The notes beneath the pieces were generated by a model that made no database searches, was not told where the DNA came from, and saw only the letters and a list, made by a program, of their open reading frames with translations. Shown piece by piece: positions 15,501 to 29,400 of a DNA stretch of 64,000 nucleotides; position 1 is the stretch's first letter, and the number at the start of each line of letters is the position of its first letter. A program made the position numbers and the translations under genes. The DNA is from Bugula neritina. Lineage: Eukaryota; Animalia; Bryozoa. The stretch lies in NCBI GenBank assembly GCA_964035545.1, contig OZ037766.1, forward strand, positions 18,811,081 to 18,875,080, in the 5' to 3' direction.

Positions 15501-15850
15501 TTCTTTATATTACACTATATTTCAGTGAGTTGCAGTGTAGTTCAGTGTGCTACAGCATATTTCAGTATGTTGCAGTGTTGTTCAATTTGTTACAGTACAT
15601 TTCAGTATATTACCGTAAATTTAAGTATGTTAAAGTTTATTCCGATGTGTTGCAGTGTATTTCAGTATGTTACAGTGTATTTCAGTATGTTGCAGTATTT
15701 TGCAATATATTTCAAATGTTACAGTGTATTTCAGTATGTTGCAGTATATTTCAGTATGATACAATAAGTTTCAGTATGTTTCAGTGGGTTACAGTATCTT
15801 TCAGTATGATACAGTGCGTTTTGGTGCGTTACAGTATATTTCAGTATGAT
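9538..15850 (+). repeat. Tandem duplication, period 3145 bp, junction near 12685
   Basis: Marker pairs 9596/12741, 9924/13069, 11064/14209, 11594/14739 and 12310/15455 all differ by 3145. The variant AGTAGTTAACCAT is present in both copies. Confidence 0.9.
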
Positions 15851-17920
15851 ACAGCGTATTTCAGTATGTTTCAATGTATTTCAGTATGCTTCAATATTTT
15901 TAAGTATATTTCAGTATGTTGAAGTATATTTTAGTATGTTGCAGTGTAATTCAGTATGTTGCAGTATATTTCAGTATGTTGTCGTATGTTTCAGTGATTT
16001 ACAGGACATTTCTGTATATTACAGTATACTTCAGTGTGTTGAGGTGTGTTTCAGTATGCTGCGATATGTTTAAATGTGTTACAGTATGTTTCAGTAGTTT
16101 ACCATATATTTCGGTATGTTGCAGTATATTTCAATGTGTTGCACTGCATTTCAATATGTTACAGTATATTTCATTTTGTTGCAGTATGTTGCAGTATATT
16201 TCAGTAGTTTGCAACATATCTCAGTAGGTTACCATATATTTCGGTATGATGCAGCATATTTCAGTATGTTACAGTGTATTTCAGTATGTTGCAGTATCTT
16301 GCAGTATATTTCAGTATGTAGCAGTATATTTCAGTATGTTGCAGTCTGTTTCAGTATATTACAGTATATACCCGTATTTTGCAGTATGTTTCAGGGTGTT
16401 ACAGTATATTTCATTAATTTGCAGTATGTTGCAGTATATTTCAGTAGTTTGCAACATATTTCAGTAGGTTACCATATATTTCGGTATTTTGCAGCGTATT
16501 TCAATCTGTTGCAGTGTTTTCAGTATGTTGCAGTGTATTTCAGTGGGTTAAAGTATATTTCAGTATAATACAGCGTAGTTCAGTATGTTGCAAAGTTTTT
16601 CAATATGTTGCAGTATATTTAAGTATGTTGCAGTATGTTTCAGTGGGTTACAGTATATTTCATTATGTTGCAGTATGTTGCAGTATATTTCAGTAGTTTG
16701 CAACATATTTCAGTAGGTTACCATATATTACGGTATTTTGCAGTATATTTCAATGTGTTGCAGCGTATTTCAATATGTTACAGTGTATTTCAGTATGTTG
16801 CAGTATGTCGCAGTGTATTTCAATATGTTATGGTGCATTTCAGTATGTTTCAAAATTTTTAGGTATATTTCAGTATGTTGAAGTATATTTTAGTACGTTG
16901 CAGTGTAATTCAGTATGTTGTCGTATGTTTTAGTATTTTACAGTACATTTCTGTATATTGCAGTATACATCAGTGTGTTGCAGTGTACTTCAGTACGTTG
17001 CGGTGTGTTTCAATGTGTTACAGTATATTTCAGTAGTTTACTATATATTTCGGTATGTTGCAGTATATTTCAATGTGGTGCACTGTATTTCAATATGTTA
17101 CTAAGTATTTGAGTATGTTGTAGTATGTTGCATTGTATTTCAGTATGTTGCAGTGTATTTCAGTATGTTGCAGTATGTTGCAGTGTATTTCAGTATGTTA
17201 CAGTGTATTTCAGTATGTTGCAGTATCTTGCAGTATATTTCAGTATGTTGCAGGATATTTCAGTATGTTGCAGTATGTTTTAGTACTTTACAGTTCATTT
17301 CTGTAAATTACAGTATATTTCAGTATGTTGCAGTATATTTCAGTGGGTTACAGTATATTCCAGTATGTTCCAGTATGTTGCAGTATATTTCAGTATGTTG
17401 CAGTGTATTTCAATATGTTACAGTGTATTTCAGTGGTTTGTAACATATTTCAGTAGTTTACCATACATTTCGGTATGTTGCAGTATATTTCAATGTGGTG
17501 CACTGTATTTCAATATGTTACTGTGTACTTCAGTATGTTGCAGTATGTTTCAGTATGTTGCAGTATATTTAAGTATGTTGCAGTATGTTTCAGTGGGTTA
17601 CAGTATATTTCATTATGTTGCAGGATGTTACAGTATATTTCAGTAGTTTGCAACATATTTCAGTAGGTTACGATACAGTACGGTATGTTGCAGTATATTT
17701 CAATGTGTTGCAGCGTATTTCAATATGTTACAGTGTATTTCAGTATGTTGCAGTATTGTGCAGTGTATTTCAGTACGTTATTGTGTATTTCAGTATATTG
17801 TAGTATGTTGCAGTGTATTTCAGTATGTTGCAGTGTATTTCAGTATGTTGCAGTATTTTGCAGCATATTTCAGTATGTTACAGCGTATTTCAGTATGTTG
17901 CAGTGTATTTCAGTGTGTTA

Positions 17921-18370
17921 CAGTATAATATTTCAGTATGTTAGAGTACACTTCCGTAAATTACACTATACTTCAGTGAGCTGTAGTCTATTTCAGTATC
18001 TTGCAGTATATCTCAGTATGTTACAGTATATTTCAGCATGTTGCAGTATATTTCAGTGTGTTACAGTATATTTCATTATGTTACAGTGCATTTCCAGATA
18101 CTACACTATACTTCAGTGAGTTTTAGTGTTTTTCAGTAAGTTGCAGTATGTTTCGGTATCTTGCAACATATTTCAATGTGTTGCAATGTATTTCTATATG
18201 TTACAGTGTATTTCAGTATGTTGCAGCATGTTGCAGTGTACTTCAGTATGTTACAGTGTATTTCAGTATGTTGCAGTATATTATTTCAGTGGGTTACAGT
18301 ATATTCCAGTATGTTGCAGTATGTTGCAGTATATTTCAGTATGTTGCAGTATATTATTTCATGGGGTTAC
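17921..18370 (+). repeat. Diverged satellite island with three 13-bp monomers; six copies starting near 17921, 23615, 38170, 43915, 46912 and 50728
   Basis: Distinctive strings TTAGAGTACACTTCCGTAAATTACACTATAC, GCATTTCCAGATACTACAC and TATTATTTCATGGGG. ORF marker MFFSKLQ at 18126, 23820, 38375, 44120, 47117 and 50933. Confidence 0.85.
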
Positions 18371-18849
18371 AGTATATTCCAGTATGTTGCAGTATGTTGC
18401 AGTATATTTCAGTATGATACAATAAGTTTCAGTATGTTTCGGTGGGTTACAGTATCTTTCAGTATGATACAGTGCGTTTTGGTGCGTTACAGTATATTTC
18501 AGTATGATACAGCGTATTTCAGTATGTTTCAGTGTATTTCAGTATGCTTCAATATTTTTAAGTATATTTCAGTATGTTGAAGTATATTTTAGTATGTTGC
18601 AGTGTAATTCAATATGTTTCAGTATATTTCAGTATGTTGTCGTATGTTTCAGTGTTTTACAGGACATTTCTGTATATTACAGTATACTTCAGTGTGTTGC
18701 AGTGTATTTCAGTATGCTGCGATATGTTTAAATGTGTTACAGTATATTTCAGTAGTTTACCATATATTTCGGTATGTTGCAGTATATTTCAATGTGTTGC
18801 ACTGCATTTCAACATGTTACAGTATATTTCATTTTGTTGCAGTATGTTG

Positions 18850-20487
18850 CAGTATATTTCAGTAGTTTGCAACATATCTCAGTAGGTTACCATATATTTC
18901 GGTATGATGCAGCATATTTCAGTATGTTACAGTGTATTTCAGTATGTTGCAGTATATTTCAGTATGTAGCAGTATATTTCAGTATGTTGCAGTCTGTTTC
19001 AGTATATTACAGTATATTCCAGTATTTTGCAGTATGTTTCAGGGTGTTACAGTATATTTCATTATGTTGCAGTATGTTGCAGTATATTTCAGTAGTTTGC
19101 AACATATTTCAGTAGGTTACCATATATTTCGGTATGTTGCAGCATATTTCAATCTGTTGCAGTGTTTTCAGTATGTTGCAGTATATTTCAGTGGGTTATA
19201 GTATATTTCAGTATGATACAGCGTATTTCAGTATGTTGCAAAGTTTTTCAATATGTTGCAGTATATTTAAGTATGTTGCAGTATGTTTCAGTGGGGTACA
19301 GTATATTTCATTATGTTGCAGTATGTTGCAGTATATTTCAGTAGTTTGCAACATATTTCAGAAGGTTACCATATATTACAGTATGTTGCAGTATATTTCA
19401 ATGTGTTGCAGCGTATTTCAATATGTTACAATGTATTTCAGTATGTTGCAGTATGTTGCAGTGTATTTCAATATGTTATGGTGCATTTCAGTATGTTTCA
19501 AAATTTTTAGGTATATTTCAGTATGTTGAAGTATATTTTAGTATGTTGCAGTGTAATTCAGTATGTTGTCGTGTGTTTTAGTATTTTACAGTACATTTCT
19601 GTATATTGCAGTATACATCAGTGTGTTGCAGTGTACTTCAGTATGTTGCGGTGTGTTTCAATGTGTTACAGTATATTTCAGTAGTTTGCAACATATCTCA
19701 GTAGGTTACCATATATTTCGGTATGATGCAGCATATTTCAGTATGTTACAGTGTATTTCAGTATGTTGCAGTATATTTCAGTATGTAGCAGTATATTTCA
19801 GTATGTTGCAGTCTGTTTCAGTATATTACAGTATATTCCAGTATTTTGCAGTATGTTTCAGGGTGTTACAGTATATTTCATTATGTTGCAGTATGTTGCA
19901 GTATATTTCAGTAGTTTGCAACATATTTCAGTAGGTTACCATATATTTCGGTATGTTGCAGCATATTTCAATCTGTTGCAGTGTTTTCAGTATGTTGCAG
20001 TATATTTCAGTGAGTTATAGTATATTTCAGTATGATACAGCGTAGTTCAGTATGTTGCAAAGTTTTTCAATATGTTGCAGTATATTTAAGTATGTTGCAG
20101 TATGTTTCAGTGGGGTACAGTATATTTCATTATGTTGCAGTATGTTGCAGTATATTTCAGTAGTTTGCAACATATTTCAGAAGGTTACCATATATTACAG
20201 TATGTTGCAGTATATTTCAATGTGTTGCAGCGTATTTCAATATGTTACAATGTATTTCAGTATGTTGCAGTATGTTGCAGTGTATTTCAATATGTTATGG
20301 TGCATTTCAGTATGTTTCAAAATTTTTAGGTATATTTCAGTATGTTGAAGTATATTTTAGTATGTTGCAGTGTAATTCAGTATGTTGTCGTGTGTTTTAG
20401 TATTTTACAGTACATTTCTGTATATTGCAGTATACATCAGTGTGTTGCAGTGTACTTCAGTTTGTTGCGGTGTGTTTCAATGTGTTA
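18850..20487 (+). repeat. Tandem duplication, period 819 bp
   Basis: Pairs 18932/19751, 19283/20102 and 19563/20382. Both copies carry GTGGGGTACA and CAGAAGGTTACC. Confidence 0.9.
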
Positions 20488-23400
20488 CAGTATATTTCAG
20501 TAGTTTACCATATATTTCGGTATGTTGCAGTATATTTCAATGTGGTGCACTGTATTTCAATATGTTACTGTGTATTTGAGTATGTTGTAGTATGTTGCAT
20601 TGTATTTCAGTATGTTGCAGTGTATTTCAGTATGTTGCAGTATCTTGCAGTATAATTCAGTATGTTGCAGTATATTTCAGTATGTTGCAGTATGTTTTAG
20701 TACTTTACAGTTCATTTCTGTATATTACAGTATACATCAGTATGTTGCAGTGTCCTTCAGTATGTTGCGGTGTTTTTCAATGTGTTACAGTATATTTCAG
20801 TAGTTTACCATACATTTCGGTATGTTGCAGTATATTTCAATGTGGTGCACTGTATTTCAATATGTTACTGTGTACTTCAGTATGTTGTAGTATGTTGCAG
20901 CGTATTTCAGTACCTTGCGGTGTATTTCAGTATGTTGCAGTATGTTCTAGTATATTTCAGTATGTTACAGTGTATTTCAGTATGTTGCAGTGTTGTTCAA
21001 TTTGTTAGAGTACATTTCAGTATATTACCGTAAATTTAAGTATGTTAAAGTTTTATCCGATGTGTTGCAGTGTATTTCAGTATGTTACAGTGTATTTCAG
21101 TATGTTGCAGTATTTTGCAATATGTTTCAAATGTTACAGTGTATTTCAGTATGTTGCAGTATATTTCAGTATGATACAGTGCGTTTCTGTGCGTTACAGT
21201 ATATTTCAGTATGATACAGCGTATTTCAGTATGTTATAGTGTATTTCAGTATGCTTCAATATTTTTAAGTATATTTCAGTATGTTGAAGTATATTTTAGT
21301 ATGTTGCCGTGTAATTCAGTATGTTGCAGTATATTTCAGTTTGTTGTCGTATGTTTCAGTGTTTTACAGGACATTTCTGTATATTACAGTATACTTCAGT
21401 GTGTTGCAGTGTATTTCAGTATGCTGCGATATGTTTAAATGTGTTACAGTATATTTCAGTAGTTTACCATATATTTCGGTATGTTGCAGTATATTTCAAT
21501 GTGTTGCACTGCATTTCAATATGTTACAGTATATTTCATTTTGTTGCAGTATGTTGCAGTATATTTCAGTAGTTTGCAACATATCTCAGTAGGTTACCAT
21601 ATATTTCGGTATGATGCAGCATATTTCAGTGTGTTACAGTGTATTTCAGTATGTTGCAGTATCTTGCAGTATATTTCAGTATGTAGCAGTATATTTCAGT
21701 ATGTTGCAGTCTGTTTCAGTATATTACAATATATTCCAGTATTTTGCAGTATGTTTCAGGGTGTTACAGTATATTTCATTATGTTACAGTGTATTTCAGT
21801 ATGTTGCAGTATTGTGCAGTGTATTTCAGTATGTTATGGTGTATTTCAGTATGTTGCAGTGTCTTGCAGTATATTTCAGTATTTTGCAGTATATTTCAGT
21901 ATGTTGCAGTATATTTCAGTATGTTGCAGTATGTTTTAGTACTTTACTGTTCATTTCTGTATATTACAGTATACAACAGTATGTGGCAGTGTCCTTCAGT
22001 ATGTTGCGGTGTGTTTCAATGTATTACAGTATATTTCAGTAGTTACCATATATTTCGGTATGTTGCAGTATATTTCAATGTGGTGCACTGTATTTCAATA
22101 TGTTACTGTGTACTTCAGTATGTTGTAGTATGTTGCAGTGTAGTTCAGTATGTTGCAGTGTATTTCAGTATGTTGCGGTATGTTCTAGTATATTTCAGTA
22201 TGTTACAGTGTATTTCAGTATGTTGCAGTGTATTTCAGTGTGTTACAGTATATTTCAGTATGTTACAGTATATTTCTTTATATTACACTATATTTCAGTG
22301 AGATGCAGTGTAGTTCAGTGTGCTACAGCATATTTCAGTATGTTGCAGTGTTGTTCAATTTGTTACAGTACATTTCAGTATATTACCGTAAATTTAAGTT
22401 TGTTAAAGTTTATTCCGATGTGTTGCAGTGTATTTCAGTATGTTACAGTGTATTTCAGTATGTTGCAGTATTTTGCAATATATTTCAAATGTTACAGTGT
22501 ATTTCAGTATGTTGCAGTATATTTCAGTATGATACAATAAGTTTCAGTATGTTTCAGTGGGTTACAGTATCTTTCAGTATGATACAGTGCGTTTTGGTGC
22601 GTTACAGTATATTTCAGTATGATACAGCGTATTTCAGTATGTTGCAAAGGTTTTCAATATGTTGCAGTATATTTTGGTATGTTGCAGTGTAATTCAGTAT
22701 GTTGCAGTATATTTCAGTATGTTGTTGTATGTTTCAGTGTTTTACAGGACATTTCTGTATATTACAGTATACTTCAGTGTGTTGCAGTGTATTTCAGTAT
22801 GCTGCGATATGTTTAAATGTGTTACAGTATATTTCAGTAGTTTACCATATATTTCGGTATGTTGCAGTATATTTCAATGTGTTGCACTGCATTTCAATAT
22901 GTTACAGTATATTTCATTTTGTTGCAGTATTCTGCAGTATATTTCAGTAGTTTGCAACATATCTCAGTAGGTTACCATATATTTCGGTATGATGCAGCAT
23001 ATTTCAGTGTGTTACAGTGTATTTCAGTATGTTGCAGTATCTTGCAGTATATTTCAGTATGTAGCAGTATATTTCAGTATGTTGCAGTCTGTTTCAGTAT
23101 ATTACAGTATATTCCAGTATTTTGCAGTATGTTTCAGGGTGTTACAGTATATTCCATTATGTTGCAGTATGTTGCAGTATATTTCAGTAGTTTGCAACAT
23201 ATTTCAGAAGGTTACCATATATTTCGGTATGTTGCAGCATATTTCAATATGTTGCAGTATATTTAAGTATGTTGCAGTATGTTTCAGTGGGTTACAGTAT
23301 ATTTCATTATGTTGCAGTATGTTGCAGTATATTTCAGTAGTTTGCAACATATTTCAGTAGGTTACCATATATTACGGTATGTTGCAGTATATTTCAATGT

Positions 23401-26400
23401 GTTGCAGCGTATTTCAATATGTTACAGTGTATTTCAGTATGTTGCAGTATTGTGCAGTGTATTTCAGTATGTTATTGTGTATTTCAGTATGTTGTAGTAT
23501 GTTGCAGTGTATTTCAGTATGTTGCAGTGTATTTCAGTATGTTGCAGTATGTTGCAGCATATTTCAGTATGTTACAGCGTATTTCAGTATGTTGCAGTGT
23601 ATTTCAGTGTGTTACAGTATAATGTTTCAGTATTTTAGAGTACACTTCCGTAAATTACACTATACTTCAGTGAGTTGTAGTCTATTTCAGTATCTTGCAG
23701 TATATCTCAGTATGTTACAGTATATTTCAGCATGTTGCGGTATATTTCAGTGTGTTACAGTATATTTCATTATGTTACAGTGCATTTCCAGATACTACAC
23801 TATACTTCATTGAGTTTTAGTGTTTTTCAGTAAGTTGCAGTATGTTTCGGTATCTTGCAACATATTTCAATGTGTTGCAATGTATTTCTATATGTTACAG
23901 TGTATTTCAGTATGTTGCAGCATGTTGCAGTGTATTTCAGTATGTTACAGTGTATTTCAGTATGTTGCAGTATATTATTTCAGTGGGTTACAGTATATTC
24001 CAGTATGTTGCAGTATGTTGCAGTATATTTCAGTATGTTGCAGTATATTATTTCATGGGGTTACAGTATATTCCAGTATGTTGCAGTATGTTGCAGTACA
24101 TTTCAGTAGTTTGCAACATATTTCTGTAGGTTACCATATATTTCGGTATGTTGCAGTATATTTCAATGTGTTGCAGTGTATTTCAATATGTTACAGTGTA
24201 TTTCGGTATGTTGCAGTATGTTGCAGTATGTTACAGTGTATTTCAGTATGTTGCAGTGTATTTCAGTGTGTTACAGTATTTTTCAGTATGTTATAGCACA
24301 TTTCTTTATATTACACTATATTTCAGTGAGTTGCAGTGTAGTTCAGTGTGCTACAGCATATCTCAGTATGTTGCAGTGTTTTTCAATTTGTTACAGTATA
24401 TTTCAGTATATTACCGTATATTTAAGTGTGTCAAAGTTTATTCCGATGTGTTGCAGTGTATTTCAGTACGTTACAGTGTATTTCAGTATGTTGCAGTATT
24501 TTGCAATATATTTCAAATGTTACAGTGTATTTCAGTATGTTGCAGTATATTTCAGTATGATACAATAAGTTTCAGTATGTTGAAGTATATTTCAGTGGGT
24601 TACAGTATATTTCAGTATGATACAGTGCATTTCGGTGCGTTACAGTATATTTCAGTATGATACAGCGTATTTCAGTATGTTTCAGTGTATTTCAGTATAC
24701 TTCAATATTTTTAGGTATATTTCAGTATGTTGAAGTATATTTTAGTATGTTGCAGTGTAATTCAATATGTTACAGTGTATTTCAGTATGTTGCAGTATGT
24801 TGCAGTGTATTTCAGTATGTTATGGTGTATTTCAGTATGTTGCAGTGTCTTGCAGTATATTTCAGTATTTTGCAGTATATTTCAGTATGTTGCAGTATAT
24901 TTCAGTATGTTGCAGTATGTTTTAGTACTTTACAGTTCAATTCTGTATATTACAGTATACATCAGTATGTGGCAGTGTCCTTCAGTATGTTGCGGTGTGT
25001 TTCAATGTATTACAGTATATTTCAGTAGTTACCATATATTTCGGTATGTTGCAGTATATTTCAATGTGGTGCACTGTATTTCAATATGTTACTGTGTACT
25101 TCAGTATGTTGTAGTATGTTGCAGTGTAGTTCAGTATGTTGCAGTGTATTTCAGTATGTTGCGGTATGTTCTAGTATATTTCAGTTTGTTACAGTGTATT
25201 TCAGTATGTTGCAGTGTATTTCAGTGTGTTACAGTATATTTCAGTATGTTACAGTATATTTCTTTATATTACACTATATTTCAGTGAGATGCAGTGTAGT
25301 TCAGTGTGCTACAGCATATTTCAGTATGTTGCAGTGTTCTTCAATTTGTTACAGTACATTTCAGTATATTACCGTAAATTTAAGTTTGTTAAAGTTTATT
25401 CCGATGTGTTGCAGTGTATTTCAGTATGTTACAGTGTATTTCAGTATGTTGCAGTATTTTGCAATATATTTCAAATGTTACAGTGTATTTCAGTATGTTG
25501 CAGTATATTTCAGTATGATACAATAAGTTTCAGTATGTTTCAGTGGGTTACAGTATCTTTCAGTATGATACAGTGCGTTTTGGTGCGTTACAGTATATTT
25601 CAGTATGATACAGCGTATTTCAGTATGTTGCAAAGGTTTTCAATATGTTGCAGTATATTTTAGTATGTTGCAGTGTAATTCAGTATGTTGCAGTATATTT
25701 CAGTATGTTGTCGTATGTTTCAGTGTTTTACAGGACATTTCTGTATATTACAGTATACTTCAGTGTGATGCAGTGTATTTCAGTATGCTGCGATATGTTT
25801 AAATGTGTTACAGTATATTTCAATAGTTTACCATATATTTCGGTATGTTGCAGTATATTTCAATGTGTTGCACTGCATTTCAATATGTTACAGTATATTT
25901 CATTTTGTTGCAGTATTCTGCAGTATATTTCAGTAGTTTGCAACATATCTCAGTAGGTTACCATATATTTCGGTATGATGCAGCATATTTCAGTGTGTTA
26001 CAGTGTATTTCAGTATGTTGCAGTATCTTGCAGTATATTTCAGTATGTAGCAGTATATTTCAGTATGTTGCAGTCTGTTTCAGTATATTACAGTATATTC
26101 CAGTATTTTGCAGTATGTTTCAGGGTGTTACAGTATATTCCATTATGTTGCAGTATGTTGCAGTATATTTCAGTAGTTTACCATATATTTCGGTATGTTG
26201 CAGTATATTTCAATGTGTTGCACTGCATTTCAATATGTTACAGTATATTTCATTTTGTTGCAGTATGTTGCAGTATATTTCAGTAGTTTGCAACATATCT
26301 CAGTAGGTTACCATATATTTCGGTATGTTGCAGTATATTTCAATGTGCTGCAGTGTATTTCAATATGTTACAGTTTATTTCGGTATGTTGCAGTATGTTC

Positions 26401-29400
26401 TAGTATATTTCCGTATGTTACAGTGTATTTCAGTATGTTGCAGTGTATTTCAGTGTGTTACAGTATATTTCAGTATGTTACAGCACATTTCTTTGTATTA
26501 CACTATATTTCAGTGAGTTGCAGTGTAGTTCAGTGCGCTACAGCATATCTGAGTATGTTGCAGTGTTTTTCAATTTGTTACAGTATACTTCAGTATATTA
26601 CCGTATATTTAAGTATGTCAAAGTTTATTCCGATGTGTTGCAGTGTATTTCAGTATGTTTCAGTGTATTTCTGTATGTTGCAGTGTTTTGGAATATATTT
26701 CAAATGTTACAGTGTATTTCAGTGTGTTGCAGTATATTTCAGTATGATACAATAAGTTTCAGTATGTTGAAATATATTTCATTGGGTTACAGTATATTTC
26801 AGTATGATACAGTGCATTTCGGTGAGTTACAGTATATTTCAGTATGATACAGCGTATTTCAGTATGTTTCAGTGTATTTCAGTATACTTCAATATTTTTA
26901 GGTATATTTCAGTATGTTGAAGTATATTTTAGTATATTGCAGTGTCATTCAATATGCTACAGTGTATTTCAGTATGTTGCAGTATGTTGCAGTGTATTTC
27001 AGTATGTTATGGTGTATTTCAGTATGTTTCAAAATTTTTAGGTATACTTCAGTATGTTGAATTATATTTTAGTATGTTGCAGTGTAATTCAGTATGTTGC
27101 AGTATGTTGCAGTGTATTTCAGTATGTTGCAGTGTATTTCAGTATGTTGCAGTATGTTGCAGTGTATTTCAGTATGTTACAGTGTATTTCAGTATGTTGC
27201 AGTATTTTGCAGTATATTTCAGTATGCTGCATTATATTTCAGTATGTTGCAGTATATTTCAGTATGTTGCAGTATGTTTTAGTACTTTACAGTTCATTTC
27301 TGTATATTACAGTATACATCAGTATGTTGCAGTGTCCTTCAGTATGTTGCGATGTGTTTCAATGTGTTACAGTATATTTCAGTAGTTACCATATATTTCG
27401 GTATGTTGCAGTATATTTCAATGTGGTGCACTGTATTTCAATATGTTACTGTGTACTTCAGTATGTTGTAGTATGTTGCAGTGTATTTCAGTATGTTGCA
27501 GTGTATTTCAGTATGTTGCAGTATGTTCTAGTATATTTCAGTATGTTACAGTGTATTTCAGTATGTTGCAGTGTATTTCAGTGTGTTACAGTATATTTCA
27601 GTATGTTACAGTATATTTCTTTATATTACACTATATTTTAGTGAGTTGCAGTGTAGTTCAGTGTGCTACAGCATATTTCAGTATGTTGCAGTGTTTTTCA
27701 ATTTGTTACAGTACATTTCAGTATATTACCGTAAATTTAAGTATGTTAAAGTTTATTCCGATGTGTTGCAGTGTATTTCAGTATGTTTCAGTGTATTTCT
27801 GTATGTTGCAGTGTTTTGCAATATATTTCAAATGTTACAGTGTATTTCAGTGTGTTGCAGTATATTTCAGTATGATACAATAAGTTTCAGTATGTTGAAG
27901 TATATTTCAGTGGGTCACATTATATTTCAGTATGATACAGTGCATTTCGGTGCGTTACAGTATATTTCAGTATGATACAGCGTATTTCAGTATGTTTCAG
28001 TGCATTTCAGTATACTTCAATATTTTTAGGTATATTTCAGTATGTTGAAGTATATTTTAGTATATTGCAGTGTCATTCAATATGTTACAGTGTATTTCAG
28101 TATGTTGCAGTATGTTGCAGTGTATTTCAGTATGTTGCAGTGTATTTCAGTATGTTGCAGTATGTTCTAGTATATTTCAGTATGTTACAGTGTATTTCAG
28201 TATGTTGCAGTGTATTTCAGTGTGTTACAGTATATTTCAGTATGTTACAGTATATTTCTTTATATTACACTATATTTCAGTGAGTTGCAGTGTAGTTCCG
28301 TGTGCTACAGCATATTTCAGTATGTTGCAGTGTGTTTCAATTTGTTACAGTACATTTCAGTATATTACCGTAAATTTAAGTATGTTAAAATTTATTCCGA
28401 TGTGTTGCAGTGTATTTCAGTATGATACAATGTATTTCAGTATGTTGCAGTATTTTGCAATATATTTCAAATGTTACAGTGTATTTCGGTATGTTGCAGT
28501 ATATTTCAGTATGATACAGCGTATTTCAGTATGTTTCAGTGTATTTCAGTATGCTTCAATATTTTTAAGTATATTTCAGTATGTTGAAGTATATTTCAGT
28601 GGGTTACAGTATATTTCAGTATGATACAGTGCGTTTCGGTGCGTTACAGTATATTTCAGTATGATACAGCGTATTTCAGTATGTTTCAGCGTACTTCAGT
28701 ATGCTTCAATATTTTTAAGTATATTTCAGTATGTTGAAGTATATTTTAGTATGTTGCAGTGTAATTCAGTATGTTGCAGTATATTTCAGTATGTTGTCGT
28801 ATGTTTCAGTGTTTTACAGGACATTTCTGTATATTACAGTATACTTGAGTGTGTTGCAGTGTATTTGAGTATGCTGCGATATGTTTAAATGTGTTACAGT
28901 ATATTTCAGTAGTTTACCATATATTTCGGTATGTTGCAGTATATTTCAATGTGTTGCACTGCATTTCAATATGTTACAGTATATTTCATTTTGTTGCAGT
29001 ATGTTGCAGTATATTTCAGTAGTTTGCAACATATCTCAGTAGGTTACCATATATTTCGGTATGATGCAGCATATTTCAGTATGTTACAGTGTATTTCAGT
29101 ATGTTGCGGTATCTTGCAGTATATTTGAGTATGTAGCAGTATATTTCAGTATGCTGCAGTCTGCTTCAGTATATTACAGTATATTTCAGTATTCTGCAGT
29201 ATGTCTCAGGGTGTTACAGTATATTTCATTATGTTGCAGTATGTTGCAGTATATTTCAGTAGTTTGCAACATATTTCTGTAGGTTACCATATATTTCGGT
29301 ATGTTGCAGCATATTTCAATCTGTTGCAGTGTTTTCAGTATGTTGCAGTATATTTCAGTGGGTTATAGTATATTTCAGTATGATACAGCGTAGTTCAGTA

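Larger units (their letters stand above)
1..27118 (+). repeat. Higher-order macro-unit I (27,118 bp; start defined by the window edge)
   Basis: The same barcode block (ORF-track marker MLLCTSV...) lies at 325, 27443 and 54446. The order of variant modules is collinear with 27119-54121. Confidence 0.7.
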